A DNA stretch of 59,955 bases, filler included, from an uncultured Clostridia bacterium (lineage in GTDB: Bacteria; Aerophobota; Aerophobia; Aerophobales; B3-G15): assembly GCA_964482715.1 (NCBI GenBank). It is 2 parts of 2 records of this genome, joined end to end, with 100 filler letters (N's around TTAATTAATTAA, not from the genome) between each part and the next. Parts side by side here need not be neighbours in the genome. Positions count along the whole stretch, not along the records: positions 1 to 30,074 come from CAYZYX010000023.1; 1 more part is not named here. One strand, 5' to 3'. The notes beneath the pieces are model-generated. The model had not been told where the DNA came from, made no database searches, and saw only the letters and a list, made by a program, of their open reading frames with translations. The translations under genes were made by a program, and so were the position numbers. Of the stretch, positions 1 through 9,126 are shown piece after piece. How positions within the stretch are numbered: the stretch's first letter is position 1; the number at the start of each line of letters is the position of its first letter.

Positions 1-1104
1 CTCTTCCAAAGGTTGCCAGGGAAGATTATGGGCTTCGGCAACTTCCCTGCAGGTGAGTTTCCCTTTAAAAAGATTTAGTCCCTTAGCCAAAGCTTTATCT
101 TCCCTGAGTGCCTGCTTATACCCTTTATTCGCCAGCTTCAGAACGTAGGGCAGGGTTACGTTGGTTAAAGCCAGAGTTGAAGTTTTAGGATATGCTCCTG
201 GCATATTGGCTACACAGTAGTGAATTACCCCATCTATCTCATATACTGGATTATCCTGAGTTGTAGGATGAGTCGTTTCCACGCATCCTCCCTGATCAAC
301 TGCCACGTCAACTATTACTGACCCTGGCTTCATGAGCTTCAACATTTTTTTTGTAACAAGACAGGGAGCTTTAGCTCCTGGAATTAGCACTGCCCCAATA
401 AGAAGATCTGTTTGAGGCAAAATCTTTTCCAAATTATAGGAATTTGACATCAAGGTGTTAACGTTTGCAGGCATTACATCATCAAGATAACGCATCCTCT
501 CGAGGTTTATGTCCAGAATACAGACATTTGCTCTCATCCCCGAGGCTATTTTGGCAGCATTCATTCCCACAGTTCCACCACCAATTATGGTAACATTTGC
601 CGGTAAAACTCCTGGAACTCCTCCTATGAACTTCCCAGATCCACCCTTATGTCTGGCAAGATAGAAAGCACCTACAAGAGGGGATATTCTACCTGCAATC
701 TCACTCATAGGAGCAAGAAGAGGTAAAAAACCATCTTCTCTCTGTACAGTTTCATAGGCAATTCCTACTATTTTTGAGGCTAAAAGAGCCTCGGTTAATT
801 TTTTGTCTGCCGCAAGATGAAGATAGGTAAAAAGAACCTGCCCCTCATGAAATAAGCCAAACTCCTCAGGAAGAGGTTCCTTAACCTTAAGAATAAGATC
901 AGCCTCATCAAATATCTTTCGCTTATCAGCAATAATCTCAGCACCTGCTTTTTTGAATTCTTCATCATGAAAGCCACTTCCTAAACCTGCTTCTTTTTCC
1001 ATTAAAACTTGATGCCCCGCGTCTTTTAAGGCCCTGACCCCAGCTGGAGTCAGGGCAACTCTATATTCTGCCTTTTTTATTTCCCTGGGAACACCTATAA
1101 CCAT
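1..1104 (-). CDS. ald: Alanine dehydrogenase (runs off the window edge; absent from the ORF track)
   Basis: Manual translation from ATG at 1104: MVIGVPREIKKAEYRVALTPAGV...KVKEP...FTYLHLAA...PLLAPMSEIAGR...IGGGTVG...DVAVDQGGCVET...HYCVANMPGA. The frame is open to position 1. Confidence 0.95.
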   Translation of the reverse strand, partial: MVIGVPREIKKAEYRVALTPAGVRALKDAGHQVLMEKEAGLGSGFHDEEFKKAGAEIIADKRKIFDEADLILKVKEPLPEEFGLFHEGQVLFTYLHLAADKKLTEALLASKIVGIAYETVQREDGFLPLLAPMSEIAGRISPLVGAFYLARHKGGSGKFIGGVPGVLPANVTIIGGGTVGMNAAKIASGMRANVCILDINLERMRYLDDVMPANVNTLMSNSYNLEKILPQTDLLIGAVLIPGAKAPCLVTKKMLKLMKPGSVIVDVAVDQGGCVETTHPTTQDNPVYEIDGVIHYCVANMPGAYPKTSTLALTNVTLPYVLKLANKGYKQALREDKALAKGLNLFKGKLTCREVAEAHNLPWQPLEE

Positions 1105-1123
1105 CAGCTTACCCCTTTTCTTT

Positions 1124-2572
1124 CTACCTGTATCCAAATTTCTCTTCAGCCCGGGCAATTACTCTATCCAGTATATCAAGTGCTCGATCAATCTCATCTT
1201 TCTTTATTAAAAGGGAGGGAATAAGGTTAAAGCGGTTAAAGTAATAACCTGTATGTTCACAGATTAAACCTTCCTTCAAACATTCAGTTGCCATAAATCC
1301 TGTTTCTTCACTTGCAGGCTCTTTGGTTTTTCTATCCTTAACAAATTCCAGAGAAAGATAAAGCCCTATTCCTCCAGCATCTCCCACCAGAGGATGGTTT
1401 TTGGCTATTTGTTTTAAACCATCTACAAAGTAGGCTCCCTTTTCAGCTGCTTTAGCAGGAATGCTTTCTCTCTCCATAATTTCAAGAACCTTATTAGCTG
1501 CTGCACAGGCAAGTGCATTTCCAGAAAAAGTTCCAAGGTGTGCTGCTGGCCCCCAGGAATCAAGAATTTCTTCTTTACCTATCAAAGCGGATAGTGCAAT
1601 TCCTCCACCCAATGTTTTAGCTACAGCCATAAGATCAGGAGCCACTCCAGAGTGTTCACAAGCCCACATCTTTCCGGTTCTTCCCATACCGGTTTGAATT
1701 TCGTCAACTACCAGAACTACATCGTACTTATCGCAGAACTCTTTCAATCGAACAAGATATTCCTTAGGTGGAACAATGTATCCAGCTGAACTTTGCATTG
1801 GCTCAATAATTATGGCGGCAACATTACTTATGTCTGCTTTTGGATCACGGAAAGGAGCCTCTTTGCTCTCAAAAAGATCTTCCAGATATTTCACGCAGAA
1901 AAGGTCACAGGCAGGATAAGTCTTATCAAAAGCACATCTGTAGCAATAGGCGTATGGAAAGAAGAAAACCCCACTATCCTGAGGAGGTAAAGGATAGTGA
2001 TATAGCCACATACCTCCTTTTCCGGTAAGAGCCTGAGCTGCTGCAGTTCTTCCGTGATAATCGCCATAGGGAGTCAAAATAAAAGGCTTTCCGGTATACC
2101 AGCGAACAAGTTTTATTGCAGCTTCAATGATCTCAGAACCAGTAGAAGAGTAAATAACCTTCTTGGGAAAATTTCCCGGGGTAATCTGAACGAGCTTCTC
2201 GGAAAGTTCAATCCGGGGAGGAGTGGGAAGATCAAAATAATGAATTAATTTTCCGGCCTGTTTTCTTATTGCTTCAACTATTTCGGGATTACATATTCCC
2301 AGATTATTTACAGAAAATCCTGTAATACAATCTATATACTCTTTACCATCTGCATCGTAAACTTTTGAACCTGAGCCCCTCTCAATAACAGGAGGACAAC
2401 TCCAGAGAGCAAATCCTACCTCACCGGTTGATTCAACATCTATCCATCTTTTTAGATATTCTTTTGTTTTTGAACCATAAGGTGAAGCATCAACCCTTGC
2501 TTTAAGATCATCTTTGGAAACTCGCAACTTCTTTCTCTCTTCCAGAATCCTGTCCTCAAATCCTTTTGCCAT
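1124..2572 (-). CDS. Class III PLP-dependent aminotransferase (4-aminobutyrate/omega-amine type)
   Basis: DEIQTGMGRTG, PDLMAVAK (PLP lysine), YHGRT and GTFSGN motifs; RBS AAGGAGG upstream. Confidence 0.9.
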   Translation of the reverse strand: MAKGFEDRILEERKKLRVSKDDLKARVDASPYGSKTKEYLKRWIDVESTGEVGFALWSCPPVIERGSGSKVYDADGKEYIDCITGFSVNNLGICNPEIVEAIRKQAGKLIHYFDLPTPPRIELSEKLVQITPGNFPKKVIYSSTGSEIIEAAIKLVRWYTGKPFILTPYGDYHGRTAAAQALTGKGGMWLYHYPLPPQDSGVFFFPYAYCYRCAFDKTYPACDLFCVKYLEDLFESKEAPFRDPKADISNVAAIIIEPMQSSAGYIVPPKEYLVRLKEFCDKYDVVLVVDEIQTGMGRTGKMWACEHSGVAPDLMAVAKTLGGGIALSALIGKEEILDSWGPAAHLGTFSGNALACAAANKVLEIMERESIPAKAAEKGAYFVDGLKQIAKNHPLVGDAGGIGLYLSLEFVKDRKTKEPASEETGFMATECLKEGLICEHTGYYFNRFNLIPSLLIKKDEIDRALDILDRVIARAEEKFGYR

Positions 2573-2588
2573 TTTAATTTCCTCCTTT

Positions 2589-3605
2589 TTATGTTAACTT
2601 TCTACACGATTCTCTTATCGCCAGTCTGGTGTTTAAAACACGATGAATCTTCTTTCGGGGGGATTTGCCACTTATTTCCTGTTTGAAAGCTTCAAATATT
2701 TTCTGGGCCATCTTATTTACCGGTTGAGAAACAGTAGTTAACTGAGGATTGCTGATGGAAGAAAAGTACATATCATCAAATCCTACAATAGAATAATCAT
2801 TGGGAATTCTATAACCTCTATCCTGTAGGGCCCGCATAGCACCAAAAGCCATTAGATCATTGGAACAAAATATAGCAGTGAAATTTTTCTTTTTAAGAAG
2901 TCTTTTAGTAGCCAGATATCCACTCTTATAAGTATAATCTCCCTCCTGAATTAAACTCTCATCAATTTGAAGGTAGTTTTTCTTTAGTGTATCGACGTAG
3001 CCATTTAATCTGTCTCTTGCTGAAAGGATACTTAAAGGGCCGGTTATGAAAGCTATGCTTTTATGACCAAGATCAACAAGATACTGGGTAGCCTGACAGG
3101 CACCCAGATAGTTATTGGCAAAAACAGCGGGAGCGTTTACCTCGGGAACATCTTCATCAGCTAAGATAACTATAATTCCTCGACTGATTAACTCATCAAG
3201 ATCCTTCTTCTTTAAACCCATGGTGGTTAGAATTATTCCGTCGACTTTCTGGCGGACAAGAAGGTCAATATAGGTCCGCTCCCTTTCGATATCGCCATGA
3301 GAATCACACATAAGCAGCCCGTAATCTTCCCTGTAACAGGCATTTTCAATTGCATAGGAAAACTGTTCATAAAACGGATTAAATCCTATAGGCATCACTA
3401 AACCTATAATTCCAGTCTTTGCACCCCTCAGGGATTGAGCTCTTCTGTCAGGCTTATAATTAAGTTCTTCAATTGCCTGAAGAACTTTCTTACGGGTTTC
3501 CTCTTTTACGTAATCATGAGGTTTTTCATTAAGGACCCTGGAGACGGTACTTATAGAAACTCCGGCCCTTTCAGCAACTTCTCTTATTGTTATCCTTCTC
3601 CTCAA
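2589..3605 (-). CDS. LacI-family transcriptional regulator
   Basis: N-terminal TIREVAERAGVSISTVSRVLN HTH; sugar-binding domain ending SIVGFDD...LTTV...IRES. Confidence 0.95.
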   Translation of the reverse strand: MRRRITIREVAERAGVSISTVSRVLNEKPHDYVKEETRKKVLQAIEELNYKPDRRAQSLRGAKTGIIGLVMPIGFNPFYEQFSYAIENACYREDYGLLMCDSHGDIERERTYIDLLVRQKVDGIILTTMGLKKKDLDELISRGIIVILADEDVPEVNAPAVFANNYLGACQATQYLVDLGHKSIAFITGPLSILSARDRLNGYVDTLKKNYLQIDESLIQEGDYTYKSGYLATKRLLKKKNFTAIFCSNDLMAFGAMRALQDRGYRIPNDYSIVGFDDMYFSSISNPQLTTVSQPVNKMAQKIFEAFKQEISGKSPRKKIHRVLNTRLAIRESCRKLT

Positions 3606-3619
3606 CTTCCATCCTTTTT

Positions 3620-3674
3620 AGGTAACGTTTTCAGAGAACGTTTTTATAATACTGGAAGGTTAAATTTTTGTCAA
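3620..3674 (-). promoter_or_regulatory. Sigma70 promoter with two tandem LacI-type operators
   Basis: Minus strand TTGACA (3674-3669), 17 bp spacer, TATTAT (3651-3646). Just downstream are two CG-centred pseudo-palindromes, TAAAAACGTTCTCT and TGAAAACGTTACCT, typical of LacI-family sites. Confidence 0.65.
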
Positions 3675-3816
3675 CCCTTCTGGGGGATTTAAAGTAGGAA
3701 TTAAAATTAACACTGATATGGAAATATTTCGCTTTCTAAAAGAAAAAAGGTAAAAAAATGTCAAACAAATATGTGTTCAACGAAAAATTATTTTCATCTG
3801 AGGTAGTTTCTGAAGA

Positions 3817-5328
3817 TTAAAATAGTTTCTTCAGGGCAGGGTAAATTTTCATATACTTTTCAAATAGGGCCTCATAGATAGGGGAGACTTTTTTGTTCAC
3901 CCGGTTTTCAGCCTCCGGTTTTAGCCAGTTTCTTATTATCTCATAACCCTTAAAGACTTTCACTCCCACTCCTGCCATCACCGTATCCCCAATTGGAGCT
4001 CCCTGAGTTTCTCCCAGGTAAACAGTATCAAGACCCGTAATATCAGAGATTATCTGCCGCCACAGATGGCTTTTCGCCCCTCCCTCAACTAATTTCATAG
4101 GACTTCTCATTTTTATTCCTTTTTTCTGCAAAAGGCTGATATTATGGCGTATAGCAAATCCTACGCCCTCCATCATGGCCCTTATTAGATGTCCTCTTGT
4201 ATGTAAAAAGGAAAGACCAAATATTACACCTCGAGCTTCAGGATCCCAGAGAGGACATCTTTCTCCCATAAAATAAGGTAGGACAAGAAGGCCATCTGAA
4301 CCAGGTGGAATTTTTCTCGCTTCTAAGTTTATAATTTGGTAAGCATCCACTCCCAGTTCTTTTTCCATTATTTTTTCCAGATGGCAAAAGTTGTCCCTAA
4401 ACCATCGTATCAGGGAACCACCTCCAACAAGAGCCGCTATACTTATGTAATGCGTTCTTGAATAAGCAATGTGAGGCATACAGATAAGTCCAGGAATAAA
4501 TTTATCGGTTGTATGAGCCATCCCCCAACAGGCTGTACTTCCCAGAGTAAGAGCATTCTCTCCTTCATCTATAACTCCCGCAGATAAGCAGGCAGCATTA
4601 GCATCCACGCTTCCTGCAACTACCGGGGTTCCCTCCTTCAGGCCTGTGACACTGGCAGCTTCTCTTGTAACTTCTCCTACCACCTCATCACAAGGATAAG
4701 CAGGAGGGAGTTTTTCTTTATCTATACCAATCTCTTTAAGAATCTCTTTATTCCATTTTCTTTTGCGAAGATCAAAGGCTATTCCTCCCAGAGCAGCATG
4801 GCAAAAGTCAGTAACAGCCTTATTTATGAGCTTTCCTACCACATAATCTTTAACGTTTAACATCCAGCAGGCTTTTTTGTAAAGGTCAGAGCGATTATTT
4901 TTCTCCCACATCAATTTGGTTATTGAATAATAAGGGTCAATTAAATTACCACTTACCTGAAATACTTTTTCCTCGCCGATATTTTTTCTAAGCCATTCAC
5001 ATTCAGATGTTGCCCTTCGATCCATCCAGATATGAGAATTTTGTAAAGGCCTCAGATCTTTGTCAACCAAAATACAGGCAGGAGCAAGACTACTCAGTCC
5101 TACAGCCAGTATGTCTTCTTTTTTTATCTTCGCTTTCTTTATGGAGGTTCTAATAGTTTCAAATGCAGCCTTCCAGTACCAATCGGGATTCTGCTCAACC
5201 CATCCAGGTCGAGGTATGATCAGTCCATATTCCACAAAGTGTGAACTCAGTACCCTACCCTCAAGATCAACAACAATACTTTTAGCTCCTCCTGTTCCCA
5301 GGTCGCATCCTACTAAATAGCCTGTCAT
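3817..5328 (-). CDS. FGGY-family carbohydrate kinase (xylulokinase-like)
   Basis: GCDLGTGGAK, PGWVEQNP, WMDRR, LPYFMGERCP and EGGAKS motifs. Confidence 0.9.
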   Translation of the reverse strand: MTGYLVGCDLGTGGAKSIVVDLEGRVLSSHFVEYGLIIPRPGWVEQNPDWYWKAAFETIRTSIKKAKIKKEDILAVGLSSLAPACILVDKDLRPLQNSHIWMDRRATSECEWLRKNIGEEKVFQVSGNLIDPYYSITKLMWEKNNRSDLYKKACWMLNVKDYVVGKLINKAVTDFCHAALGGIAFDLRKRKWNKEILKEIGIDKEKLPPAYPCDEVVGEVTREAASVTGLKEGTPVVAGSVDANAACLSAGVIDEGENALTLGSTACWGMAHTTDKFIPGLICMPHIAYSRTHYISIAALVGGGSLIRWFRDNFCHLEKIMEKELGVDAYQIINLEARKIPPGSDGLLVLPYFMGERCPLWDPEARGVIFGLSFLHTRGHLIRAMMEGVGFAIRHNISLLQKKGIKMRSPMKLVEGGAKSHLWRQIISDITGLDTVYLGETQGAPIGDTVMAGVGVKVFKGYEIIRNWLKPEAENRVNKKVSPIYEALFEKYMKIYPALKKLF

Positions 5329-5339
5329 TTCAAAATCTC

Positions 5340-6380
5340 TTAAAAAACGAATAATACCTTGTTATACTTATCTCTGTTTAAACTCATGTCACGAAATACT
5401 TCCCCTATCCGGTCAATTTTAAAACGATGAGAAATTAAGGGTTTTACTTTAATTTTTCCCTGAGCTATAAAATGAAGGGCTGTTTTCCAGCTATGATAAG
5501 GAGGAAAAGGTTCAAAATCTGTATCGTAGACTCCGTAAAGATTAAGTTCATGATGAAGTATCAGATAGTAAGCTCGCTCCGGGATAAGAACATCCTGTTT
5601 GATAAGTCCAAGAAGTGCAACTCTTCCCCTCTTGCGAGCTGTTAAAATGCACTGTTCCAGTGTCTTTAAAGTTCCGGCGCTTTCTATCACGAGATCTGCC
5701 CCTTCTTGATTCTCTCGCCACACCTTTTGCACCGGATCTTCCTTTTTTGCATTTATAAGAAAAGTAAGTCCCACTTTTCTGGCTATCTGAAGCTTTTCTT
5801 CAGCTATGTCTACAACATAAACTCTTCTTGCTCCCAGTAAGAGAGCAAATTGAGCACAGAGATTACCAATTGGCCCACATCCCATTACCACCACAAGATC
5901 TCCGGGGTTGATTTTCCCCCTCTTAATGGTATGAAGAGCAATAGCTGCAGGTTCCAGAATTGCTGCTGATTCGAAATCAACATTTTCAGGAAGTTTCAGC
6001 AAATTCTGAGGTGGAATCTTAATAAATTCGGCAAAACAGCCATCAACTCTGGTCCCCATCCGGATAAAGTTATTACAGAGAGGATATTTACCCACCCTGC
6101 ATAAGGAGCATTCTCCGCATGGTAAGACAGGCATAACAGCCACCCGATCTCCTTTTTTCACTTCCCTCACACAACAGCCAACTTCCACCACTTCACCGGC
6201 ACACTCGTGTCCCAGGATCTTAAAGTTATAGGGTGAAGTCCCTTTTTCGTAGCGAGGGATGTCTGAGCCACAGATTCCCACCGCTTTAACAGCAACCAAC
6301 ACCTCGTTTTCAGAGATTCGGGGACAGGGGATCGATTCGCACCTTATGTTACCGGGTCCATAAAGAATACCTGCTTTCAT
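5340..6380 (-). CDS. Zinc-dependent polyol/sugar-alcohol(-phosphate) dehydrogenase (MDR family)
   Basis: GICGSD, GHE, structural Zn CxxCxxCx7C and GCGPIG. ATG 6380 preferred over GTG 6392 on RBS spacing. Confidence 0.9.
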   Translation of the reverse strand: MKAGILYGPGNIRCESIPCPRISENEVLVAVKAVGICGSDIPRYEKGTSPYNFKILGHECAGEVVEVGCCVREVKKGDRVAVMPVLPCGECSLCRVGKYPLCNNFIRMGTRVDGCFAEFIKIPPQNLLKLPENVDFESAAILEPAAIALHTIKRGKINPGDLVVVMGCGPIGNLCAQFALLLGARRVYVVDIAEEKLQIARKVGLTFLINAKKEDPVQKVWRENQEGADLVIESAGTLKTLEQCILTARKRGRVALLGLIKQDVLIPERAYYLILHHELNLYGVYDTDFEPFPPYHSWKTALHFIAQGKIKVKPLISHRFKIDRIGEVFRDMSLNRDKYNKVLFVF

Positions 6381-6493
6381 TTTACCCCTCACTTTTCTTT
6401 TTCATCTACTCAAAATTGAGGAACGGATTTAGATAATACTATATACTACAAATTTTTACTGTCAAACAGAAATTTCCCCTAACATCCTCCTGC

Positions 6494-6521
6494 TTGACAT
6501 AGATTTCTGCCGGTTTATACT
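6494..6521 (+). promoter_or_regulatory. Sigma70-type promoter of polB
   Basis: TTGACA, 16 bp spacer, TATACT, followed by RBS GGAGG before ATG 6565. Confidence 0.6.
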
Positions 6522-6564
6522 GAACCCGGTCAAAATAGATTAACAAAAAAGGAGGGACAAAAAA

Positions 6565-8997
6565 ATGAGAGTTGAATTTTTTCTTTTCGATACAGATTAT
6601 CTTCAAAAAGAAGGTCAGGTGTTGGTAAGATTTTTTGGAAAAACAGAAGAGGGAAAAACTGTAGCTTGTTTTTTTGAGTATGAACCTTACTTTTATGTTC
6701 TACCACAGGATCCGAATAAAGCGGAGAGAGAAATAAAGGAACTTCTTAAAGACAAAAAAGTAAAGCTAAAACGAATGGAAAAAGTTACAAAAGATCTGGA
6801 GGGACAGGAACGGGAATTTTTAAAAGTTTTCTGTGAACTACCTCAAGATACTCAAAAGATCCGCGATGAAATAAAAAAATTGGAAAAAAGAAGAGGTGGT
6901 AGTGGATCAGTTGAAGAAGAATACGAATACAGTATTAACTTTTACCGTCGCTTTCTACTGGATGAAAAAATAGATGGTAGTTGCTGGCTTCAGGTGAAAG
7001 GAGAACCGTTCGAATCAAACCTGAATGCTGATCTTACCATAAAAGGTAGAGAAATTAAAGTCCTTGAGAGGGTGAAACCACCCGCTTTAAAACTTCTTTC
7101 CTTTGATATAGAAACTTACGAAAAAGCCGGGAAAAAAAACATAATCATGCTTTCTCTCTGGGGAGAAAAGCTTAAAAAGGTTCTTACCTACCATCAGGGA
7201 AATTTCCCCCCCTGGGTGGAAGTGGTAGATAGTGAAAAGAAACTTCTGGAAAGATTCGTTGAGATAGTAAACTCTTATGACCCGGATATTATCCTGACTT
7301 TTAATGGTGATGCTTTTGATTTTCCTGTAATTCAAGAAAGAATGGCTCAAAATAAGGTCAAACTGGTTCTTTCTCGAGATGGGGAAGAAATGAAATTCAC
7401 CAGAAGAGCAAGAGTTTCTTCAGCACGCATTAAAGGTAGGGTTCACATTGATCTTTTTACCTTCATAAGGAATATTTTATCCCCAAATCTTCAAACCGAG
7501 GTTTTAAGTTTAGATGCTGTTTCCAGTGAACTCTTAGGGGACCAGAAGATAGAAATGGACTACCAGGAACTTCTGGAAAGCTGGCAAAAAAAGAAAGATC
7601 TCGCCAAACTGGCTGAATATTGTCTTAAAGATTCGGAACTTACCTTTAAATTGGCCTCGCTTCTGCTTCCCCAGATACTGGAAATATCAAGAACAGTTGG
7701 GCAACTCCCTTTTGATACCTCCAGGATGACTTACGGACAACTTGCTGAATGGTATCTTACGCGTAAAGCAGTAGAAATGGGAAAGATTATTCCCAATCAG
7801 CCAAAATGGGAGGATATCAAAAAAAGAAAGACCTTTACTTATGCTGGAGGATTCGTCAAAGAGCCAATTGCCGGTTTACACGAAAATGTTGCTGTTCTTG
7901 ATTTCAGATCTCTTTATCCCAGTATAATAGCTACATTTAACATTTCTCCAGAAACTTTGAATTGTTCCTGTTGTGAAAACAAAACCAATTATAAAGTGCC
8001 TGAAACAAATTACTGGTTCTGTCAGGAAAAAAAGGGATTTGTGTCTCAGGTTATAAAGGAACTTATCGAAAAAAGAGCACTACTTAAAGAAAAATTAAAA
8101 ACTATTGACAGAGAGAGTTTAGAGGCAAGATTTCTGGACAACAGACAGCTATCTCTGAAAATAGTAGCCAACGCAACCTATGGTATGTTTGCTTTTGCCG
8201 GTGCGAAGTGGTACTGTAGAGAGTGTGCTGAAAGTTGCACAGCTTTTGGAAGACATTTCATTAAACAAACAATTAAAGAAGCCGAAAATAAAGGGTTTAC
8301 AGTGGTTTATGCTGACACTGATTCCTGTTTTATAAAAGAACCTGAATCGCGGGGTGACCTTTTTCAGGAAACAGAAGAGTTTTTAAATTATGTCAATAAA
8401 AAATTACCCGGGATTTTAGAACTCGAACTCCAGGGAATATATAAAAGGGGCATATTTATTCCTCGGGGAACAGCCCCTGGAACGGCTAAAAAGCGCTACG
8501 CCCTTATAGACGAAAACGACAATCTGGTGATAAGAGGACTGGAAACTGTGAGAAGAGACTGGTGTAATCTGGCAAAAGAGGTTCAACGACAGGTTCTGGT
8601 TTATATTTTAAAAAACAAAGAGGTAAATAAGGCTCTGAATTATGTGAGGAATGTAATAAAAATGTTAAGAAAAAGACAAATACCCCTGAAAGATCTAACC
8701 ATATATGAACAACTTACCAAACCCATCTCTAGCTACAAGCAGATAGGACCTCATGTGGTTGCTGCTCAGAAGATGTTAAAGCGAGGTAGACCGGTAGGTG
8801 AGGGGATGCTTGTAATGTTTGCTATAACCCAAGGAGAGGGTTCAATTTCGGAAAGAGCCGAGCCTATAGAAGATGTAACTTGCGAAATGATAGACGAGAG
8901 TTATTATATAGACAACCAGATTATCCCTGCCGCTTTAAGGGTACTTCAAGTTCTAAGCGTAAGCAAAGAAAAATTGCTGGGAGAAGCCTTATTTTAA
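6565..8997 (+). CDS. polB: Family B DNA polymerase, archaeal type, with 3'-5' exonuclease
   Basis: Exonuclease motifs FDIET, FNGDAFDFP, YCLKD; polymerase motifs DFRSLYPSII, KIVANATYG, WYCRECAE, YADTDS, KKRYA, RGLETVRRDW. Confidence 0.95.
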   Translation: MRVEFFLFDTDYLQKEGQVLVRFFGKTEEGKTVACFFEYEPYFYVLPQDPNKAEREIKELLKDKKVKLKRMEKVTKDLEGQEREFLKVFCELPQDTQKIRDEIKKLEKRRGGSGSVEEEYEYSINFYRRFLLDEKIDGSCWLQVKGEPFESNLNADLTIKGREIKVLERVKPPALKLLSFDIETYEKAGKKNIIMLSLWGEKLKKVLTYHQGNFPPWVEVVDSEKKLLERFVEIVNSYDPDIILTFNGDAFDFPVIQERMAQNKVKLVLSRDGEEMKFTRRARVSSARIKGRVHIDLFTFIRNILSPNLQTEVLSLDAVSSELLGDQKIEMDYQELLESWQKKKDLAKLAEYCLKDSELTFKLASLLLPQILEISRTVGQLPFDTSRMTYGQLAEWYLTRKAVEMGKIIPNQPKWEDIKKRKTFTYAGGFVKEPIAGLHENVAVLDFRSLYPSIIATFNISPETLNCSCCENKTNYKVPETNYWFCQEKKGFVSQVIKELIEKRALLKEKLKTIDRESLEARFLDNRQLSLKIVANATYGMFAFAGAKWYCRECAESCTAFGRHFIKQTIKEAENKGFTVVYADTDSCFIKEPESRGDLFQETEEFLNYVNKKLPGILELELQGIYKRGIFIPRGTAPGTAKKRYALIDENDNLVIRGLETVRRDWCNLAKEVQRQVLVYILKNKEVNKALNYVRNVIKMLRKRQIPLKDLTIYEQLTKPISSYKQIGPHVVAAQKMLKRGRPVGEGMLVMFAITQGEGSISERAEPIEDVTCEMIDESYYIDNQIIPAALRVLQVLSVSKEKLLGEALF

Positions 8998-9063
8998 GCA
9001 ACCATCTCAGTATTTCTTCCCATAAGGTCAAGATAAACTTCTGAAACTGGAGGTAAACTCTGG

Positions 9064-9091
9064 TTGACATAGAGCCTGTTTTTGCTATAAT
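9064..9091 (+). promoter_or_regulatory. Sigma70 promoter with extended -10
   Basis: TTGACA, 16 bp spacer, (TGc)TATAAT upstream of ATG 9127. Confidence 0.7.
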
Positions 9092-9126
9092 TTCCCGAAG
9101 TTTCAGAGGTACAAAAATCGGCAAAA

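Noticed and set aside
795-977. 60-aa ORF in the track
   Set aside because: It is an out-of-frame shadow inside ald (1-1104), which the track missed because ald has no stop codon in the window.
6521-6533. Possible LexA/SOS box (TGAACCCGGTCA) at the polB promoter
   Set aside because: It does not fit GAAC-N4-GTTC or CTGT-N8-ACAG well enough to call.
6565-8997. polB as part of a prophage, casposon or pipolin
   Set aside because: No integrase, cas1, capsid gene or terminal repeats nearby, and it is not a protein-primed type.
6494-9073. TTGACATAGA repeated on both sides of polB, as a possible insertion scar
   Set aside because: Six of the ten bases are simply the -35 box of each promoter, so the match is too short to support.
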